A DNA stretch of 64,000 bases from Chrysomallon squamiferum (taxonomy: Eukaryota > Animalia > Mollusca): NCBI GenBank assembly GCA_012295275.1, contig CM022668.1:7874001-7938000 (forward strand). The letters run 5' to 3'. Below are positions 57,841-64,000 of the stretch, piece by piece. Made by a program: the position numbers and the translations under genes. The notes under the pieces are model-generated. The model did not search any database. It had not been told where the DNA came from and saw only the letters and a program-made list of their open reading frames with translations. The first letter of the stretch is position 1. Every line of letters starts with the position of its first letter.

Positions 57841-58294
57841 TGCTGTTGTTTTAGGCAGGTAACAGCGACTGCGCATTCTTTCAGGTGGCCGAGGTAGAGG
57901 AATGTGGATGAATAATTAAAACGAACTGTGGGTGGCAGGAATGAGGAAAGGCAATTTAAAAAAGAGAAAAAAAAAAAAGTAAAAAAAGAAAAACAAACGA
58001 AAACGATCACGTGAAAACGACGTGAATATTAAATTTGATGTGTTTTATTTCAGTTTGTTGGTGATAAAGAATTCATCGACTTAGAATGATCTTAAAATGT
58101 CATTTACCTAAGCCGGCTTTCAAATTACGATTAAAAACGTCCACTTGTATATTTATATATTTACACTTTCTAAATGAAGTGATTAACAGGTTGTCTTGGT
58201 GCAAAATGAGGTGTTTTTGTTTATCTTTCCCCGGCTCTCTCTTTCTGTCTCTCTTCATGTGTTTCTCAAAATTTATCCCTTGCTCTCCCTCTTT

Positions 58295-59000
58295 CTGTAT
58301 TTCTCTCTCTATTCCTTTCTCTCTGTATTTCTCTCTCTATTTCTTTCTCTCTGTATTTCTCTCTCTATTCCTTTCTCTCTGTATTTCTCTCTCTATTCCT
58401 TTCTTTCTGTATTTCTCTCTCTATTCCTTTCTCTCTGTATTTCTCTCTCTATTCCTTTCTCTGTGTATGTCTGTCTCTGTTCCTTTCTCTCTGTATTTCT
58501 CTCTCTATTCCTTTCTCTCTGTATTTCTCTCTCTATTCCTTTCTCTCTGTATTTCTCTCTCTATTCCTTTCTCTCTGTATTTCTCTCTCTATTCCTTTCT
58601 CTCTGTATTTCTCTCTATATTCCTTTCTCTCTGTATTTCTCTCTCTATTCCTTTCTCTCTGTATTTCTCTCTATATTCCTTTCTCTCTGTATTTCTCTCT
58701 CTATTCCTTTCTCTCTGTATTTCTCTCTATATTCCTTTCTCTCTGTATTTTTCTCTCTATTCCTTTCTCTCTGTATTTCTCTCTCTATTCCTTTCTCTCT
58801 GTATTTCTCTCTCTATTCCTTTCTCTCTGTATTTCTCTCTATATTCCTTTCTCTCTGTATTTCTCTCTCTATTCCTTTCTCTCTGTATTTCTCTCTATAT
58901 TCCTTTCTCTCTGTATTTCTCTCTCTATTCCTTTCTCTCTGTATTTCTCTCTATATTCCTTTCTCTCTGTATTTCTCTCTCTATTCCTTTCTCTCTGTAT
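58295..59000. repeat. 28-bp polypyrimidine minisatellite, about 25 units (ctattcctttctctctgtatttctctct)
   Basis: Period 28 (attcc at 58563 and 58591). It explains ORFs 58086-59096 and 58196-59032. Confidence 0.97.
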
Positions 59001-59224
59001 GTCTCACCGTTGCTGTATTTTTCTATGAATGAAATTTTCTCTGTGAATATCTCTATTTCTGTTTTTATATTTTTATTTCTATCTCATTCTTTCTAACTCC
59101 CCTAGTTTATCCACTTTTTTATCTGTTTTTATCTTCTGTCCTTCTTGTTTTTACGTCCTCTCATTCATTCACTCATTCTTTATAACACTCTTTGATGTTT
59201 TCCTTCTGAAAACTACAAAAGTAA

Positions 59225-59276
<52 letters not shown>

Positions 59277-59545
59277 ATATATCTATATAATCTATCTATA
59301 TATCTATCTTTCTATCTATCTATATATATATCTTAATTATTTTTATTATCTTTTCAACATGTTAATTAGAACTTGTAAATATAGCAGCCTGTAGATGAGT
59401 ATCGATCCCCCAGTCCCTAGAGCCTGGGGCTACCACTAAAACTTTCATCTACGTTTTGCAATAACTATACTTCCAGTAAGTAAGTGATTTTACATCAAAG
59501 GCGAATAATCTTAGCTCTGGGCTGTACGTTACTAATATTACTTAC

Positions 59546-59621
<76 letters not shown>

Positions 59622-61186
59622 GATGTTGTTGCTGTTGTTGTTGTTGTCGTCGTCGTGGTTGTTGCTGCTGTTGCTGTAGTCGTTTTTATTTCATTTTATT
59701 TATTTATTGACTGAGTTGATGAATCTTATAAAATAATAAGCGAAAATAAAAATGTAGTTGTATTTTATTTTTATTTTAATAAAGAGATATATTTTGTAAA
59801 GAAAATGCAAATTTTTATATTTTGTTACCTTATGAGCGTCAGTATATCAATCCATCTTTTTATGGACAAAGAACAAAAACGTGGAACGGCATTATGACGT
59901 CATAAAGGTGTGAGGTACAACGGTGGGATAAAACAGATTTTTAGGAGAGAATTTATGTCATTAGGTAATATTATTGTTGTTGTTATCGTTGTTGTTGTTG
60001 TTGTTAATAATATTACTTCTTTTGTTTTATGATTATTGTTATAGTTATTATTGTGACTATTGCTTTTTGTTAGTATTGTTACAGTTTTTGTTTTTGTTTC
60101 AGTTGTTGTTTAGTATTATTATTATAATCATCATCATTATTATTGTTAATGATCTTGTTATCATTATAATTAATTTTTATAATTACGTTAAGGGGAAAAA
60201 AAGAGAAAAAAATAAAAGAAAGAAATGGCATTCAATATTCTCTGCATAGCCAAGTTACACCCACGCTAAACTATCTGGATTCGACGCTGAATTATCACAT
60301 CAGTTTCCAGTTCATATCAAAAATCTGAAGTAAAATTAGCAGATCAAAGCAACTAATTAAAAGAACTGCTCTGCAATTCAGAATGGCGCTAACTCAAGTT
60401 ATACGACTCCAAGTGTGTAACCAGTACATTGGCACGACCGTTCATAAAGTAACAAAAGTAATTAAAACTGTTTTTTATAAACAACAAGAAGTTTCACATT
60501 CTGCGATGCAAATCTTCATACATGTTAACGTTATTGTTATTATAATATCTTTTGTGTAAGAATTTTTTAGTTTTCTAAATCATTTATTTTATTTCTTCAT
60601 TGTGATATTCTTTCTTCTTTGTCTCCTACTTTTTCAGCCTTTGTTCTTTAATATTTCATTTGCATTTTGTTGCTAATGGGTACGTTCATAAATACATGTG
60701 TGTATACACACACTACACACCTATATAATAAACAGAAACACACACATACGCATATACATACATACATACATACATATACATACATATATATATACACACA
60801 CACACACACATACATAAACACACTGAGACACATACAGAGGCACACTCAGATACACATAAACAGATACACGTCAACACGTGTACTATTACTGTTTAAAGGT
60901 AGCGCTTACATATTGTCAGTTAAGAGATATTTTCCGTGGTGTAACAGCGTGTTGTGAATGTGATTGATCGACTAAAGTATAAGAAATATATTTGTACATG
61001 ATATTCTCTTTCTGTAACTCTACCCACTTTGCATTAATTGTTAATTAAGACGTGTCTTTTCAGAGAAACTTGATCTCTGACCTGTTTGTACAGTCGTGTT
61101 TCACCTCAAAACCGTAATAGAAAGTCTGATTGGTTTTATCTCCTTTCTTTGTTGATCTCCCTCTCTCTCTCTCTTTGTAGCTTTCC

Positions 61187-61293
<107 letters not shown>

Positions 61294-61459
61294 TGTCTCT
61301 TTGTCTCTCTACATCTATTCTGATCTTTCTGTCAAACGTTTTCTTTATTCCTGTTTGTGTTTCTGTATCTGAAACTAAAAGAATTTGACTACAACAACAA
61401 CAGTATACTGTTGCAAAATCCTTCATAGATAAAACTATACTGATGTGTAAACACTTTCT

Positions 61460-61850
61460 ACTCTCTAGACCGGTTTGTGAAGCGTTGTTTTCTACCAGTC
61501 TTCTTCTTCGTAGTCGTAGGGACCCCGGTGGATCGAACCCCTGCTGTTGTAAGTCTTTCTTGTACAAACAAACCAGTCTTCTGTGTCCAACTGAGCCGCT
61601 CACGAGCTTACGTTTATCAAAAATAAATACAACATGACCAATTGCTAACAGAAGTTCTAATATATTTATTATTTGGTAAGGAGTCTGACTGGGAACCATT
61701 TTCATCATGGGCTGTTTGTTTTGATTTCACCACAGACTCATTTACTTGTGTATTTTAATCCATGTAGCTAGTTGTTTGTGAAGTAGTAATACACATATGG
61801 CTCAAACTGGAGATCTTTTCGTCTGAGAAAACCAATCTTACAATGTACTT
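61460..61850 (-). mobile_element. Decayed RTE-clade LINE fragment (region C-terminal to the RT domain)
   Basis: Frameshifted minus-strand peptides ESVVKSKQTAH / MKMVPSQTPYQII / SVGHRRL..YKKDLQQQGFDP / W*KTTLHK follow the order of the RTE pattern ES...Q(LRW)AGHVxRM...PKQIL...RSVGRP.L..KD..K.DL...GIDP...WR..L. Pattern recalled, not searched. Confidence 0.5.
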
Positions 61851-62568
61851 TACTCAGTACCACCTTTTAGAAATTTTAATAATAATAATAATAATATATC
61901 TCCAACTGGTGTAGTGTTTTCATGACTAGGAATTACCTCTGATGACTTTGATCAAACTATAAGAGATATCAGGCTGACATTTTCGCTTCTGAAATACCAC
62001 ACTCTTGACATTTAAAATATTAATTGAGATTTGGATTTTCAAATAAACGGATCAATAACTTCGTTTCAAGCAGAAAAAAAAAAAAAAAAAAAAATAAAAT
62101 AAATAAATAAATAAATTAAAAATTAAAAAGCAAAAGATTTAGTTATAGTGATGAGGTAATCGTTTTTTTTTTTTTTTTCTAGCAGAATGACATCACCAGA
62201 GTGAGACTTCGTGTCGCCTGATTAAGTGTACATCTGTTGTGAGTCAGTGAGTGCACGTCTTATTGGTTTATGTAAGTCTTATAATCAGTTATTGCATGTT
62301 TATGTACACATGTTCAACATAATACGTCCATTATTTTGTGCGACATAATCGTGCGTGTGCATGTGCATTTTCTATCAATACACACACAGGTAAGTACATA
62401 CGTACGTGAGTACATATATCAGATCTACCGTGCTATATTCTGTTTTCTGAAGGTTTTTTTTATTTTTATTAAGGTGACACATTTTTCTATTCATTATATT
62501 TTATTTGTTGTGTTTTTCTTCTATTTTCATTCTTCATTGATTACATTGGAGTGTTTAAACATGATAGG

Positions 62569-62582
62569 TCATTAGAGGGCGC
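62569..62582 (+). promoter_or_regulatory. CTCF-like motif TCATTAGAGGGCGC(TG)
   Basis: YAGAGGGCGCTG core. Confidence 0.45.
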
Positions 62583-63033
62583 TGTGACCTGTTTATACCG
62601 TTCCGTCCAGTGCGCACGATAGATTTATGAGCGTTCGTGTTTATGGGTGAAAAAAACTCTTATAAAAGATCTTTAACAGCTAATGGAATTTTTTATAACA
62701 TTGAATGACGACAGTGGGTTTTATGTCTATATCTGTATGATTCTTAAAACATATAACGTGTTCTGTAGTTAAATAAATAATTCTTCAGATCTGTTTTATT
62801 ATCTCTTCACTTAGTGTTTGTGAGGATCTGTCTGTCTCTCCTGGTGACTTTATCATGTTCTGCTCGTCTTCTTCCAGTCTCTAGATACCTACGTCTTATT
62901 TACGCTCTCTCTGTCTGTCTGTCTGTCTGTGTCTCTCCCTCTCTCTCTCTCTCTGTGTCTCTATCTCTCTCTTTCTCTCTCTCTCTCTCTGTCTCTCTCT
63001 CTCTCTCTCTTTCTCTCTGTGTGTGTGTGTGTG

Positions 63034-63068
<35 letters not shown>

Positions 63069-63108
63069 GTCTGTGTCTCTCTGTCTTTATTTTCTATTTA
63101 TTTCTTCT

Positions 63109-63145
<37 letters not shown>

Positions 63146-63851
63146 CATTTTCTCTGTAGAACAACGTCTTTTCTCACTGTGTCTAAGACTTTTTTGCTTA
63201 ATTAAAACAGATCTTAGTTAATTTCCGTTCCAACCAAATCGATTTCCGCTGACTGTGATAATGTTTTATATTTCATGTAATCAGCAACTTTTTCATCTTT
63301 AGATTTTTAAAATTTACTTATTTATTATTATATTTATCTTTTAATTGTTGTTGTTGTCGTCGTCGTTAATTTTTAATTTATTTCAAATCGTTTCAAAGTA
63401 ACTTTTCTCTTTTTAAAAATATTTTAATTTATTTCAAGTAAAGACGAAATATAAAAATCTGTAGCTAACACTATTCTTTTAACTTATTAGAACATTTTAA
63501 AGTTAATCAAAAATTAAAATAGACAACAAATTTTATATTATGATGTCATAACTGGAAGTTTTCAAACTCATAAATTATATTACAATTTGACAGAGAAAAA
63601 ATGTTTTAAATTTTATTTACTTCTGTTTTTATCGTGTTTTATCTCTTTTAATTGCAGTTAATATTATTTTTTAACTATAAAACAATTTTTCATACAATTA
63701 AAACAGGCTTCTAAAACAACTAATTATTCAGAATAGAGAATCCGAGATTTCAAACAGTGAAGGGAGTTATTAGTGTAGTTATTGTATCTCTGTAACTGTT
63801 TTTATTTATTTATTTCCTTTTTTATTTATTTATTTAGTTATTACTATATAA

Positions 63852-63905
<54 letters not shown>

Positions 63906-64000
63906 GTCGTTATTGTTGTTGTTGTTGCTGAGGCTGCTGCTGAAGAGGTACACCCCCTCCCCAAAACAATTCCACGAATAAAGTCCAGCAGTTTTTTCAT

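Noticed and set aside
58086-59096. 336-aa and 278-aa hydrophobic ORFs
   Set aside because: Translations of the 28-bp pyrimidine minisatellite (28-aa period = 3 units).

Overview
AT-rich animal genomic DNA, probably an invertebrate. A mollusc is plausible from SINE and TTAA-transposon remnants, but that is inference. The only convincing coding sequence is the 3' end of a + strand gene: two spliced exons (439-532, 1549-1789) encoding the transmembrane helix and a 79-aa cytoplasmic tail of a type I membrane protein ending in YTRF*. The remaining ~62 kb looks non-coding. Long microsatellites ((AG)n, (AC)n, (AT)n, (AAT)n, (AAC)n, (TATG)n) alternate with a few dozen short, CpG-retaining, motif-dense islands. 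The region also holds several minisatellites (10, 29/31, 33, 56, 28, ~92 bp units), a Tc2/pogo-like MITE, and decayed Tigger, TTAA-element, SINE, CR1-like and RTE-like fragments. Almost every ORF in the supplied track is a simple-repeat artefact. The most notable signals are six CTCF-like motifs in divergent orientation, recurring CRE/TALE/YY1 motifs in the islands, and a pair of inward-facing TTAA-type termini 30 kb apart. I cannot demonstrate a new biological system from sequence alone.
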